Shown one piece after another: positions 37,507 through 48,069 of a stretch of 49,520 nucleotides of DNA. This DNA comes from an uncultured Elusimicrobia bacterium. GTDB taxonomy: Bacteria; Elusimicrobiota; Endomicrobiia; Endomicrobiales; Endomicrobiaceae. Below the pieces are notes generated by a model. That model made no database searches and was not told where the DNA came from. It saw only the letters and a program-made list of their open reading frames with translations. The position numbers and the translations under genes were made by a program. Numbering within the stretch: position 1 is the stretch's first letter; each line of letters starts with the position of its first letter. The stretch covers positions 1 through 49,520 of the forward strand of contig CAMVLN010000001.1 of NCBI GenBank assembly GCA_947168325.1, given 5' to 3'.

Positions 37507-38433
37507 ATGTCAAAACCAAAAGTAGCAATAACAATAGGTGATCCAGCTGGTATAGGACCAGAGATAGTTTATAGGGCTACAAACTCTTTGAGAGTTCAAA
37601 GAGTTTGTAGCCCTGTTGTTGTTGGTGATAAAAATGTAATTTCTAAATATTTTGGTATATATAAAAAATCTAATAAAATAGAATTTGTTTTTTCATCTAA
37701 CTATAATAAAAAAATACAAATTGGCAAATCTTCAAAAATATCTGGATTAATAGCTTGTGATGCAATTAGACAAGCGGTAAAAATGTGTATGTTAAAACAT
37801 ACCAAGTCTATGGTTACAGCACCTGTTTCAAAAGAATCGTTTAAACTTGCAGAGCTAAATTATTCTGGACATACAGAGTTTTTGGGCAAACTTACCAAAA
37901 CTAAAAACTATTGTATGATGATGATATGTGATAATATAAATTCTGTTATGATAACAAGACATTTACCTATCTCAAAAATTTCATCAATGCTTACTAAAAG
38001 AGATATTGTATCAACAACAAAACTTTCAGCAAATTTTATAAAAAAAATATTAAACAAAGATCCTAAGATTATAATGTGTGCATTAAATCCACATGCAGGG
38101 GATAATGGTATTTTAGGTAATGATGAAAAGAAAACAATAATACCGGCAATAAAAAAACTAAAAGAAAAAAACTATAATATTATTGGTTTATATCCTATAG
38201 ATGTAGCTTGGCAAAAATTTTTACAAAACAAATATGATTTAATTGTTGCAATGTATCATGACCAAATAATGTTGCCACTAAAGATATTAAATCCTAAAAA
38301 AATTGTAAATGTAACAGTAGGCCTTCCCTTTATAAGAACATCTCCAGGTCATGGGACTGCATTTGATATAGCAGGTAAAAATATTGCTGACTTTTCTTCT
38401 ATGGAAGAGGCAATAATTTATGCATCAAAATAA
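37507..38433 (+). CDS. pdxA: 4-hydroxythreonine-4-phosphate dehydrogenase
   Basis: ITIGDPAGIGPEI, SGHTEFL, LNPHAGDNG, MYHDQ, RTSPGHGTAFDIAG. Confidence 0.9.
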   Translation: MSKPKVAITIGDPAGIGPEIVYRATNSLRVQRVCSPVVVGDKNVISKYFGIYKKSNKIEFVFSSNYNKKIQIGKSSKISGLIACDAIRQAVKMCMLKHTKSMVTAPVSKESFKLAELNYSGHTEFLGKLTKTKNYCMMMICDNINSVMITRHLPISKISSMLTKRDIVSTTKLSANFIKKILNKDPKIIMCALNPHAGDNGILGNDEKKTIIPAIKKLKEKNYNIIGLYPIDVAWQKFLQNKYDLIVAMYHDQIMLPLKILNPKKIVNVTVGLPFIRTSPGHGTAFDIAGKNIADFSSMEEAIIYASK

Positions 38434-38443
38434 TTTATTAAAT

Positions 38444-39526
38444 TTATTCAATGAGCATAGAATCACCATAAGAAAAGAATCTATATTTTCTTTCTATGGC
38501 CTGCTTGTATGCCGATAAAATAAATTCTCTTCCAGCAAAAGCACTTGCCATCATTAACGGAGTTGAACATGGTAAATGTAAATTTGTAAACATTGCTTTT
38601 ACTATTTTAAATTTATATCCAGGGTATATAAATATTTCAGTTTGTCCACTACAACTATTAATACTAACTAATTTATTTGAAAAATCATATTTTCCAGTTA
38701 AATTTGCTATAGTTTCTAAACTTCTTACAGATGTTGTGCCTACAGCAATAATTCTTTTATTATTTTTCAATGCACTATTTATTTTGTTAGCATTTTCTTC
38801 ATCTAACATATATCTTTCTGGTAACATTTTATGTCGTTGTATATCGTTAAATAAGATTGGTTTAAAAGTACCCCACCCTACATGCAAAACTATATGAACA
38901 ATTTCTACTTTTTTTTCTTTTAATTTTTCTAAAATTTCATTAGTAAAATGCAACCCAGCAGTTGGTGCAGCAATAGCTCCACTTATATTTGCATAAACTG
39001 TTTGATATCTTACTCTATCAGTTTGTGCATACTTTTGTGCAAGTCCATCTTTTCTTTTTATATATGGTGGCAAAGGCATAAATCCATATTTTTCTAATAA
39101 TCTTTGGATATTAGGCTTATTAAATTCAACAACTTTGTTTCCTTGTTCGTCAATCCCAACATAACTACATTCATAATCATCATTAAAATAAATTTTATGG
39201 TATAACTTTATATTTGGTTTTATCAATACTTGATATTTTGTCCCTTGTTGAGTAGGGTTCAAAAATAAAAGTTCTACTTTTCCACCAGTAGATTTTTTCC
39301 CATACAATCTCGCTGGAACAACTTTGGTTGTATTTATAACCAAACAATCATTTTCGTTTAATATATTTACAATATCAAAGAAATTTTTATGTTGTATACT
39401 TTGATTTTTTCTATGTAAGATTATCAATTTTGAATTACTTCTTTTTTCTATTGGAACTTGTGCAATTAACTCTTGAGGTATTTCATAATTATAATTTGAT
39501 AATTCTAAATCTTTATTTATTAACAT
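38444..39526 (-). CDS. queA: S-adenosylmethionine:tRNA ribosyltransferase-isomerase
   Basis: YEIPQELIAQ, VPARLYGKKSTGGKVELLFL, GAIAAPTAGLHFT, LHVGWGTFKP, GTTSVRSLE, FFSYGDSMLI. Confidence 0.9.
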   Translation of the reverse strand: MLINKDLELSNYNYEIPQELIAQVPIEKRSNSKLIILHRKNQSIQHKNFFDIVNILNENDCLVINTTKVVPARLYGKKSTGGKVELLFLNPTQQGTKYQVLIKPNIKLYHKIYFNDDYECSYVGIDEQGNKVVEFNKPNIQRLLEKYGFMPLPPYIKRKDGLAQKYAQTDRVRYQTVYANISGAIAAPTAGLHFTNEILEKLKEKKVEIVHIVLHVGWGTFKPILFNDIQRHKMLPERYMLDEENANKINSALKNNKRIIAVGTTSVRSLETIANLTGKYDFSNKLVSINSCSGQTEIFIYPGYKFKIVKAMFTNLHLPCSTPLMMASAFAGREFILSAYKQAIERKYRFFSYGDSMLIE

Positions 39527-40655
39527 AATTTATTTTCTTTATATTTGTTTTTGGATAATAAAATTCTAATATTTTTTTGTAAGATATTTTTTGCTCTCCC
39601 ATTACTTTCGCACCCCACTGGCATAATCCAACTTTATGTCCCCACCCTTTTCCTTCAAATATAAATTTTTTGTTTTTATTTTTTATATTAAATATTGCTG
39701 TGCTTTTTATTTTAAAAGAATCTATTGCTAATCTAAAAGTATAAGAATTTATTTTTAGTTTACCTTTAGAATGTTTTATTATAATTTTTTCTGTAGCCTC
39801 TCCAGGAGTTTTTCCAGAAGTTGAAATTTTTTTTATTTTTCCAACTTTATGTCCTGCTTTTATAAGTTTTTCTCTTATAAAATTTTCTTCTAATGTTATT
39901 GTCCATTTTTGGTGAGGACTTTTTTTACAATAAGGATCTTTTCTTCCTTTTAAATAAGGGGGAGTATCTATTTTACACTGCCAAACATATTTTGGATTTT
40001 CAGTATGCCCTCCACAACTGGCATGAAAAAATGTTTGAGCAATATCATCTTTATAAAAAAGAACTTGAGCACATGTATCGTATATTGCTTTATTACAACT
40101 TATTGCTTCACAAGATGCTCCGCCATAGACCTGACAACAAATACTAGAACAAACATCAAAATTTTCTTTTGAATGTTTGCCAATATTTTTTAAAGCATAA
40201 GTTCTACTAATTACAGCTTGGGCTTTCAATGTTTCCTGATTCCACGAAGAATTTACTTCTTTAGGTAAAACTCCTTTCAAATAATCTTCTATCTTTAATT
40301 TGTTTATTATGTTATTTCCTTTTGAAGAAGAACTTATTATAATATTTCCTCTATAAATTTTATTATTAACTAAAAAACATTTTGTTGAAATAAATTCTAT
40401 AGGTAAACTATAACTATTATTAAATATTATTGCTTTATTATTTTTTAATTCAATTTTAATTTTGCCTTCAGATAAAGAATATTTTTTATTATTGTAAATA
40501 AAACAATATTTGTCATCACTAGCGATGGTTATTTGTTTTTGGTTGGATAGTATTTCAACTTTAATATATTCTTGTGTTGAAAAATTTGCATAAGAAATAC
40601 AATTAAAAAATAAAATATAAGAAAAAAACAATAAAATAAATTTTAAAAAAGCCAT
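39513..40655 (-). CDS. SpoIID/LytB domain protein (lytic transglycosylase / amidase enhancer family)
   Basis: Signal peptide. LKAQAVISRTYAL, CSSICCQVYGG, FHASCGGHTEN, GHKVGLCQWGA. Confidence 0.85.
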   Translation of the reverse strand: MAFLKFILLFFSYILFFNCISYANFSTQEYIKVEILSNQKQITIASDDKYCFIYNNKKYSLSEGKIKIELKNNKAIIFNNSYSLPIEFISTKCFLVNNKIYRGNIIISSSSKGNNIINKLKIEDYLKGVLPKEVNSSWNQETLKAQAVISRTYALKNIGKHSKENFDVCSSICCQVYGGASCEAISCNKAIYDTCAQVLFYKDDIAQTFFHASCGGHTENPKYVWQCKIDTPPYLKGRKDPYCKKSPHQKWTITLEENFIREKLIKAGHKVGKIKKISTSGKTPGEATEKIIIKHSKGKLKINSYTFRLAIDSFKIKSTAIFNIKNKNKKFIFEGKGWGHKVGLCQWGAKVMGEQKISYKKILEFYYPKTNIKKINYVNK

Positions 40656-40736
40656 GTGTACAATTTTATTTAAAAAAAATTAGTTATATAACAGTAAAAT
40701 AATTTTCGTAAACAATAATGTAGTATATAAATATAC

Positions 40737-42467
40737 TTATAAGTGAGGTTGTACTTTTTTTAATTCTTCAACAATTGTTGAAACAATATTTTCAATTTTT
40801 ATTAATTTTACTAAAGACCGGTCATCTTTTCTTTCTTTAAATTCTACGACATCATCTACAAGAGTTTTTTTACTAATAGTAATTCTAAAAGGGATACCAA
40901 TTAAATCTGCATCTTTGAACTTTATTCCAACTCGGTCATCTCTATCATCAAGCAAAACATCTATTCTTAAATCTTTAAGCTGTTTGTAAATCTTTTCTGC
41001 AACATATTTTGTTTTTTTATCTTTAAAATCTACAGGAATTATTGAAACTTTAAATGGGGCAATGGCTACAGGCCAAATTATACCATTTTCATCATAAGAT
41101 TGTTCTATTGTTGCAGCAAGTATTCTTGTAACTCCTATACCATAACAACCCATAACCATAAAATTTTCTTTTCCACTAGCATCTAAAAAAGTTGCTTTCA
41201 TAGATTTAGAATATTTTGTTCCTAACTTAAATACATGTCCTATTTCTATACCTCTGGAAAATTGTAATTTTTCTTTTTTACATCTTGGACAAATATCGCC
41301 ATGAATAACTTTTCTTAAATCTGCTATCACATTTGCTATATAATCTTTATTATAATTTACATTTTTTATATGAGCATCTGTTTTATTTGCACCAACAATG
41401 CCATTAACAACATTTATTACTGAATAATCAGCATATATTTTTACTTGTTTTCTTAGATTGATTGGTCCGGCAAACCCTACTTTTGCACCGGTTACTTCTT
41501 CTACAATTTCTTGACTAGCAAGTTCAAGTTCTTCGCAACCTATTAAAGACTGTAGTTTTATTTCGTTTATTTCAAAGTCTCCTCTAACTAATACAGCTAT
41601 AGGTTTTTTGTCTGCAATATAAATTATTGTTTTTATAAATTTTTGTACTGAAGAGTTTAAGAATTTTGAAACATCTTCTATAGTTCCAACATTTGGAGTA
41701 TCTATAACTTGCATATCTTGTTTTATCTCGTTAGATTTTTCATATACCATATCCAAACATTCTGCCTTTTCTGAATTTGCTCCGTAACCACAATTACACC
41801 ATGCTATTTCTTCTTCACCAGTATCAGCAAGGACCATAAACTCATGAGAAAATTTTCCACCTATAGCACCCGATGCAGCTTCAACAACTCTATATTTAAA
41901 TCCGCATCTTTTACAAATTCTTTCATAAGCTTCATAAACTTTTTTGTAATATATTTCTAAATCAGCTTCACTCGTATGAAAAGAATAGGCATCTTTCATC
42001 AAGAATTCTCTTGCTCTCATAACACCGAATCTTGGCCTTATTTCATCTCTAAATTTTATACCGAACTGATAAAGCATTATAGGTAATTGTTTATATGATT
42101 TTATAAAACTTCTTGTTAAATCCGTTATTGCTTCTTCTGCTGTAGGAGCAAGGCAGAACTCTGCATTTTTTCTATCTTTTAATCTAAAAAGTTCTTTACC
42201 ATAAACATTCCATCTACCTGTTTCTATCCATAATTCTTTAGGTAGTATCAATGGTAACTTAACTTCCTGTCCATCTATAGAGTTCATCTCTTCTCTTATT
42301 ACATCTATTACATTCATTAATGTTTTAAGACCTAATGGCAAAATTTCAAAAAGTCCGCTACTTAATTTCCTTATCATCCCTGCACGAACCATATATTTTG
42401 CTGAGATATTATCTAAATCTGATGGGGTTTCTTTTAATGTTGGAATAAAAGCTTTTGAAAAATACAT
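40737..42467 (-). CDS. proS: Proline--tRNA ligase (bacterial type with INS editing domain)
   Basis: Class II motifs (FRDEIRPRFGVMRAREF, GCYGIGVTRI). Internal editing insertion. Start at the ATG at 42467 (MYFSKAFIPTLKE), with GGAG 8 nt upstream. Confidence 0.95.
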   Translation of the reverse strand: MYFSKAFIPTLKETPSDLDNISAKYMVRAGMIRKLSSGLFEILPLGLKTLMNVIDVIREEMNSIDGQEVKLPLILPKELWIETGRWNVYGKELFRLKDRKNAEFCLAPTAEEAITDLTRSFIKSYKQLPIMLYQFGIKFRDEIRPRFGVMRAREFLMKDAYSFHTSEADLEIYYKKVYEAYERICKRCGFKYRVVEAASGAIGGKFSHEFMVLADTGEEEIAWCNCGYGANSEKAECLDMVYEKSNEIKQDMQVIDTPNVGTIEDVSKFLNSSVQKFIKTIIYIADKKPIAVLVRGDFEINEIKLQSLIGCEELELASQEIVEEVTGAKVGFAGPINLRKQVKIYADYSVINVVNGIVGANKTDAHIKNVNYNKDYIANVIADLRKVIHGDICPRCKKEKLQFSRGIEIGHVFKLGTKYSKSMKATFLDASGKENFMVMGCYGIGVTRILAATIEQSYDENGIIWPVAIAPFKVSIIPVDFKDKKTKYVAEKIYKQLKDLRIDVLLDDRDDRVGIKFKDADLIGIPFRITISKKTLVDDVVEFKERKDDRSLVKLIKIENIVSTIVEELKKVQPHL

Positions 42468-42706
42468 TTTTTTGCTCCAGTTATTCAACTTTGTTCTTGT
42501 TGTATTCTATCATTTTTTATTTAAAAATTAAATTATATAACACCAGTAGAATTTATTAATAAAATTTGATAAACTAATTTTGCTAAAAAGTCCAATATGT
42601 TATGAATAACTACAATTTCTTGTTTTTTTAATATGTTTTTATTTTTTATATATAATATCGTTCATCATAAAAAAAATGGAATAAAAAAACAAATAAAACA
42701 TTAAAA

Positions 42707-42855
42707 AAACTAACAGAAAAAGAAAAAATGCTTAATGGTTATCCTTGTGATGCAAGTGATGAACAACTAAGAAATAAGAAAACTTTTATGTTTCTGCAAA
42801 TTTATTAGTAGTGGGAAATCCAGCAAAAATTTTAAAGAAAATAAAAATGAAATAA
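42707..42855 (+). pseudogene. Internally deleted remnant of a maltose/galactoside O-acetyltransferase (hexapeptide-repeat) gene
   Basis: Fragment 1 reads KLTEKEKMLNGYPCDASDEQLRNKK...stop and matches the Maa/LacA N-terminus (TEKEKML.GE.Y.A.D.EL). Fragment 2, in another frame, reads VGNPAKILKKIKMK-stop and matches the GNPA+.I+.I C-terminus. About 400 bp of hexapeptide core is missing. Confidence 0.6.
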
Positions 42856-42865
42856 GGATAAACTG

Positions 42866-45247
42866 ATGTCAAATATGGAAATAGTTATAGTAGGTGGAGG
42901 AGCATGTGGAGCAAGTTGTGCAACAAGACTAAGAAGATTAAACGAAAGAGCTAAAATTACTATTTTAGAAAAAACAAATGAAATATCAATAGCTAATTGT
43001 GGATTGCCATATTATATTTCTGATGTTATAAATCAAAGAGAAAAAATTTTAGTTTCTACTCCACAAAAATTTAAATCTTTATTTAATATAGATGTTTGTT
43101 TAAATACCGAAGTAGTTGAAATTAATTCAGAAAAAAAATTTGTTGTTACAAATAATGGTGCAAAGCTAAACTATGATAAACTTGTTTTAGCACAAGGAGC
43201 AAGTCCTATAGTTCCAGAATTTAAAGGAATGAATAAAGAAAAAATTTTTTCAGTAAGAACATTAAATGATGCAGATAAAATAAAGGAATATATTAAAGAA
43301 CATAATTCGAAAAATGTTGTAGTTGTTGGTGGTGGCTTTATAGGTGTTGAAGTGGCTGAAAACTTTTGCCATTTAGGTTTAAATACAACATTGGTTGAAT
43401 TGTCTAACCAAATTTTAGCCCCTGTAGATGAAGAAGTTGCCATAATAGCACAAAATGAAATGAAAGAAAATGGTGTTAACTTAATATTATCAGATGGGGT
43501 AGATAGTTTTGAAGATAATAAAATAATTTTAAGGTCTGGAAAAAAAATAGATTTTGATATAGTTGTAATGGCAATAGGTGTAAAACCTGAAATAGCATTG
43601 GCACAAAAAGCAGGACTTAAAGTAAATAAAGGTATTATAGTCAACGAACTTTTACAAACTTCAAACGAAAATATATATGCTGGTGGCGACAATGTTGAAA
43701 TAAAAGATTTTGTTTCAAAAACAAATACAATTGTTCCTCTTGCAGGTCCTGCAAACAGACAAGGAAGAATTATTGCAAATAATATATGTTCAATAAAGGC
43801 ATCTTATAAGAATAGTCAGGGAACATCTGTTGTTAAAGTATTTAATCTTACAGTTGCAAGTTGCGGTAATAATGAAAAACAATTAAAACTAAAAAATATT
43901 CCTTATTTAAAAACATTTGTTTATTTGAGATCTCATGCAGGATATTATCCAGATTCTGATTTAGTATTATTCAAATTGTTATTTAATAACAAAGGGCAAA
44001 TTTTAGGAGTTCAAGGTATTGGAGCCAATGGAGTAGAAAAAAGAATAGATGTTATTGCAACAATTATGAGAAATAACGGTACTATTCAAGAAATGATTGA
44101 TAGCGAACTTTGTTATGCTCCACCGTACTCTTCGGCAAAAGATCCAGTAAATATTTTAGGTATGGCAGCAGATAATATTTTAAATGGTTTTGTAAAACCT
44201 GCATTTTTTGAAGATTTGAAAGACTCTTTTCTTATAGATGTTCGTCCTGAAATTTCTTACAAAACAAATACTATAAAAGGAGCAATAAATATTCCTGCTA
44301 CACAATTAAGAGATAGATTAAACGAAATTCCTAAAGATAAAAAAGTTGTTTTGTTTTGTGTGACAGGTTATACAAGTTATGTTGCAAGCAGAATTTTACT
44401 TCAAAATGGGTTTAATAATGTTTATTCTTTGGTTGGTGGCTTTGAATTTTACAGAGATTTCACAAGAAAAGTTGATATTGTAAAAAATAATTCAATATCA
44501 CAAAATTGTACGGAACAAGATAAAGAGATAATAAAAATAGATGCATCTGGATTACAATGTCCTGGACCTATATTAAAAGTTGCACAAAATCTTAAAACAG
44601 CAAAACAAGGAACAACATTTCAAATAATTTCCACTGACAGAGGTTTTAAATCAGATATTGGAGCATGGTGCAAAACTACAGGTAACACCTTGTTAAATTT
44701 AGTTCAGCAAGATAAAAAAATTATAGCAACAGTGTGTAAAGGAACAGATAAAATTATGGAAAACAAAGTTATAAGTAAAGGTGACGGGCAAACAATAGTA
44801 GTTTTTTCAAACGATTTAGATAAAGCATTAGCTTCTTTTATTATTGCTAACGGGGCAAAAGCTTCTGGTAAAGATGTTGTTATGTTTTTTACTTTTTGGG
44901 GATTAAATATATTAAGAAAATCTAATATAAAAGTTAAAAAAGGTTTTATAGATTCAATGTTTGGCTTTATGATGCCAAAAGGAGCAAAAAAACTTACTCT
45001 TTCCAAAATGAATTTTTGTGGTCTTGGAACAATGATGATGAAATCTGTTATGAAAAATAAAAATATTTCTACATTAACAGAACTTATTTTACAAGCACAA
45101 CAAAGCGGTATAAAATTTATTGCATGTAAAATGTCTATGGATGTTATGGGAATAAAAGAAGAAGAACTTATAGATGGTGTTGAAATAGGTGGTGTTGCAA
45201 AATATATTGCTGAAAGCAACAATGCAAGTTCAAATCTTTTTATTTAA
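42866..45247 (+). CDS. Four-domain fusion: CoA-disulfide / persulfide reductase, rhodanese, TusA-like and DsrE-like
   Basis: FAD GGGACGAS and redox Cys in SIANCGLPYY. NAD GGGFIGVE. Rhodanese loop LFCVTGYTSY. TusA CPGP motif (LQCPGPILKV). C-terminal DsrE/DrsE-like domain (IVVFSNDLDKALASFIIANGA...FIACKMSMDVMG). Confidence 0.85.
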   Translation: MSNMEIVIVGGGACGASCATRLRRLNERAKITILEKTNEISIANCGLPYYISDVINQREKILVSTPQKFKSLFNIDVCLNTEVVEINSEKKFVVTNNGAKLNYDKLVLAQGASPIVPEFKGMNKEKIFSVRTLNDADKIKEYIKEHNSKNVVVVGGGFIGVEVAENFCHLGLNTTLVELSNQILAPVDEEVAIIAQNEMKENGVNLILSDGVDSFEDNKIILRSGKKIDFDIVVMAIGVKPEIALAQKAGLKVNKGIIVNELLQTSNENIYAGGDNVEIKDFVSKTNTIVPLAGPANRQGRIIANNICSIKASYKNSQGTSVVKVFNLTVASCGNNEKQLKLKNIPYLKTFVYLRSHAGYYPDSDLVLFKLLFNNKGQILGVQGIGANGVEKRIDVIATIMRNNGTIQEMIDSELCYAPPYSSAKDPVNILGMAADNILNGFVKPAFFEDLKDSFLIDVRPEISYKTNTIKGAINIPATQLRDRLNEIPKDKKVVLFCVTGYTSYVASRILLQNGFNNVYSLVGGFEFYRDFTRKVDIVKNNSISQNCTEQDKEIIKIDASGLQCPGPILKVAQNLKTAKQGTTFQIISTDRGFKSDIGAWCKTTGNTLLNLVQQDKKIIATVCKGTDKIMENKVISKGDGQTIVVFSNDLDKALASFIIANGAKASGKDVVMFFTFWGLNILRKSNIKVKKGFIDSMFGFMMPKGAKKLTLSKMNFCGLGTMMMKSVMKNKNISTLTELILQAQQSGIKFIACKMSMDVMGIKEEELIDGVEIGGVAKYIAESNNASSNLFI

Positions 45248-45305
45248 TATGAATTCAATTTTAACAAATGGAAAAAGGAGATATTTAAAGTCAGAGTTTG
45301 CTTTT

Positions 45306-45896
45306 TTATAATTTTTTTATTTCATCTAAAACTTTTTGTGACAGTTTTAAATAATCTTCTTTTGTATAATTTTTTGGTGGATAAATTGGTTTTCCATATT
45401 TTATTTCAATTTGTTTAAATTTTGCCATATTATTAGTGTTTACTATTTTTGTTGGAATTATTGGGACCTGGCAATTACATGAAACCATCCCAACACCTGC
45501 TCTAGCTTTTCCTAACTCTCCAGTTTTAGATCTTGTTCCTTCTGGAAACATCAACAAAGCTTTTTTGTTTTTTAATAATAAAAAAGCATTTCTAAAAGCA
45601 GACATATCTTGTTGACCTCTTTTAACAGGAAAAGCATTTGTTCTTTTTATAAGAAAACCTAATATTGGAATTTCAAACAGTTCTTGTTTTGCCATAAAAT
45701 ATAAGTCTTGATCAATAAAAGATCCAGTTAAAGGAGGATCAAAATAACTCAAATGGTTAGGGGAAATAATTGCTCCGGTATTTAAAGGTATATTTTCTTT
45801 ACCACTGGATTTACATCTATAAAATAAAATTGCTATCCATTTAGATAAAAATCGTCCTGTGTAATATACCCAACTACTTTTTTCTCTTATTTGCAT
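45306..45896 (-). CDS. plsC: 1-acyl-sn-glycerol-3-phosphate acyltransferase
   Basis: NHLSYFDP (HX4D) and FPEGTRS motifs. Overlaps the aroA 3' end by 10 nt. Confidence 0.85.
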   Translation of the reverse strand: MQIREKSSWVYYTGRFLSKWIAILFYRCKSSGKENIPLNTGAIISPNHLSYFDPPLTGSFIDQDLYFMAKQELFEIPILGFLIKRTNAFPVKRGQQDMSAFRNAFLLLKNKKALLMFPEGTRSKTGELGKARAGVGMVSCNCQVPIIPTKIVNTNNMAKFKQIEIKYGKPIYPPKNYTKEDYLKLSQKVLDEIKKL

Positions 45897-47164
45897 ACAC
45901 TTTTTAATACCTCATAAAAATTTGAAAAAGATATGTTTACACAATTACTATTTAAAATTTCTGTTTCTCCGTCAGCTATAAGCCCTGCAATGGATAACAT
46001 CATTGATATTCTGTGGTCGTTAAAACTATCAACTATACAACCTTTTAACTTTGTTGGCCCATTTATAATAAAACCATCTTTTGTTTCAGTAATATGTGCA
46101 CCTAATTTTTTTAATTGTGTTGCTGTTGAAAATAATCTATTACTTTCTTTAACTTTTAATTCTTGTGCTCCTGAAATTACAGTTTTACCTTCAGCTTGTG
46201 TAGCACAGAGTGCAATAATAGGAATTTCATCTATAAGTCTAGGGACAATATCTGAATTAATACTTGTTGCTTTAAGTTTTGAACTTTTTATTTCTATATC
46301 ACAAACTTCTTCTCCTGATTCAGTTCGTATATTGTCTAATATGATATTTGCACCCATTTTTTTTAAAACTTCTAAAATTCCATCTCTAGTTTTATTTATA
46401 TTTACATTTAAAATTTTTATATTTGAGTTTGGAACAATTAATCCAGCAACTATAAAAAAGCTTGCTGAAGAAATATCGTTTGGAACATTTATTTCTTGAC
46501 TATAAAGTTTTTTGCAATGTTTAATGCTAACAGATAAATTATCAACATAGATGTCTGCTCCAAAACTTTTTAACATTCTTTCTGAATGATCTCTTGATTT
46601 AAATGGTTCTGTAAATTTTGTGATTTTATCTGCATACATTCCTGCAAACAATAAACAACTTTTTACTTGTGCTGATGCTATTGGACTAGTATAGTCAATT
46701 GACTTTAAAGTGCATGTTGAATTTATTGTTATTGGTAAATAATAATTATTGGATACTATATTTGCTCCCATTAAAGACAATGGTTCTATAACTCTTTTCA
46801 TTGGCCTTTTAGACAAACTTTCATCACCACAAATTGTAGAAGAAAAATTTTGCCCTGCTAGTATGCCAAGTATTAATCTTGTAGTTGTACCTGAATTTCC
46901 TGCATAAATTTCTTTTGCTGGTTTCTTTAGCCCTTTAATTCCTACACCATTTATTATTAATGTATCATTTTGTTGTTCTATATTTACTCCCATTTGTTTA
47001 AATGCATTTAAAGTCATAAAACAATCTTCAGATTGCAAATAGTTATTGATAACAGATTTTCCACAAGCAATACAAGATAACATTATAGCTCTATGAGTTA
47101 TTGATTTGTCTGCTGGAACTACGATTGTACCTGAAATTTTTGAAATTTTATTTATTTTCATCAT
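45887..47164 (-). CDS. aroA: 3-phosphoshikimate 1-carboxyvinyltransferase (EPSP synthase, class II-like)
   Basis: PADKSITHRAIML, GNSGTTTRL, RPMKRV, LKVKESNR, DHRISM. Confidence 0.9.
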   Translation of the reverse strand: MMKINKISKISGTIVVPADKSITHRAIMLSCIACGKSVINNYLQSEDCFMTLNAFKQMGVNIEQQNDTLIINGVGIKGLKKPAKEIYAGNSGTTTRLILGILAGQNFSSTICGDESLSKRPMKRVIEPLSLMGANIVSNNYYLPITINSTCTLKSIDYTSPIASAQVKSCLLFAGMYADKITKFTEPFKSRDHSERMLKSFGADIYVDNLSVSIKHCKKLYSQEINVPNDISSASFFIVAGLIVPNSNIKILNVNINKTRDGILEVLKKMGANIILDNIRTESGEEVCDIEIKSSKLKATSINSDIVPRLIDEIPIIALCATQAEGKTVISGAQELKVKESNRLFSTATQLKKLGAHITETKDGFIINGPTKLKGCIVDSFNDHRISMMLSIAGLIADGETEILNSNCVNISFSNFYEVLKSVCK

Positions 47165-47172
47165 CTATACTT

Positions 47173-48069
47173 TTATCTAAAAACATCTTTTAGTTTTTGT
47201 TTGTCATTTTTTGAAACTATTCTTTTCCATGTTCGGTGACTTTTATATAAAACTTCTTTTAGTTTTTTTTCATCATCAAAACAATTTATAAATTCTTTTA
47301 TCTGTTTACAAAACTGCATTGATAATAATTTTAAATTATTTTTATTATTTAAAAATATTGGAAGCCACATCTTTAAAGAAGATTTTGCAACTCTTGTTAT
47401 ACTTTCAAAAGAGCCTGCTATTAAATTTTTTATATTTTTATTTTTACTATTTTTTTCTTTAAACATTTTATAAAAGCTAAATGCTATTATATGTGGTAAA
47501 TGGCTTGTAAAAGCCACTATTTCATCATGCTCTTTTGCCGACATAAATTTAATTTTGCAACCAATATCTTTCCATAACCTAGATATAATTTTTACATTTT
47601 TATCATGAATATCAGAAGTAATTACTACTGTTGCATTATTATAAATATCACCACTTGCATATTCTATACCACTTTGTTCTATACCTGCCATAGGATGACA
47701 TCCTACAAAACAAGGATAATTTTTGTTTTCTTTTTGAATCTTTTTTATTTGTTCGCAAATATTGAATTTTATACTACTTACATCACAAACAATAGTTGTT
47801 TTTCTTACATATTTTGCAACTTCTAAATATATACCAACAACGGTATCCGCCGGACTACAAATAAAAACTATATCTGCACAAGAAACCATATTTATATTTG
47901 TAGAAAAACTATCTACTGCTTTTTTATCTTTTGCAAGTTTTAGTGTTTTTAAATTTCTGCCTATACCAACAACTTCATATTGCCTTTGCCCCTTTTTCGT
48001 AAACTGTTTTAAGGCAATACCAAGCGACCCGCCCATTAAACCAACACCAATAATTGCAACAGTTTTCAT
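47173..48069 (-). CDS. tyrA: Prephenate dehydrogenase
   Basis: Rossmann IIGVGLMGGSLG. HPMAG and SHLPH motifs. The start overlaps the DAHP synthase stop (shared nt 48069). Confidence 0.85.
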   Translation of the reverse strand: MKTVAIIGVGLMGGSLGIALKQFTKKGQRQYEVVGIGRNLKTLKLAKDKKAVDSFSTNINMVSCADIVFICSPADTVVGIYLEVAKYVRKTTIVCDVSSIKFNICEQIKKIQKENKNYPCFVGCHPMAGIEQSGIEYASGDIYNNATVVITSDIHDKNVKIISRLWKDIGCKIKFMSAKEHDEIVAFTSHLPHIIAFSFYKMFKEKNSKNKNIKNLIAGSFESITRVAKSSLKMWLPIFLNNKNNLKLLSMQFCKQIKEFINCFDDEKKLKEVLYKSHRTWKRIVSKNDKQKLKDVFR

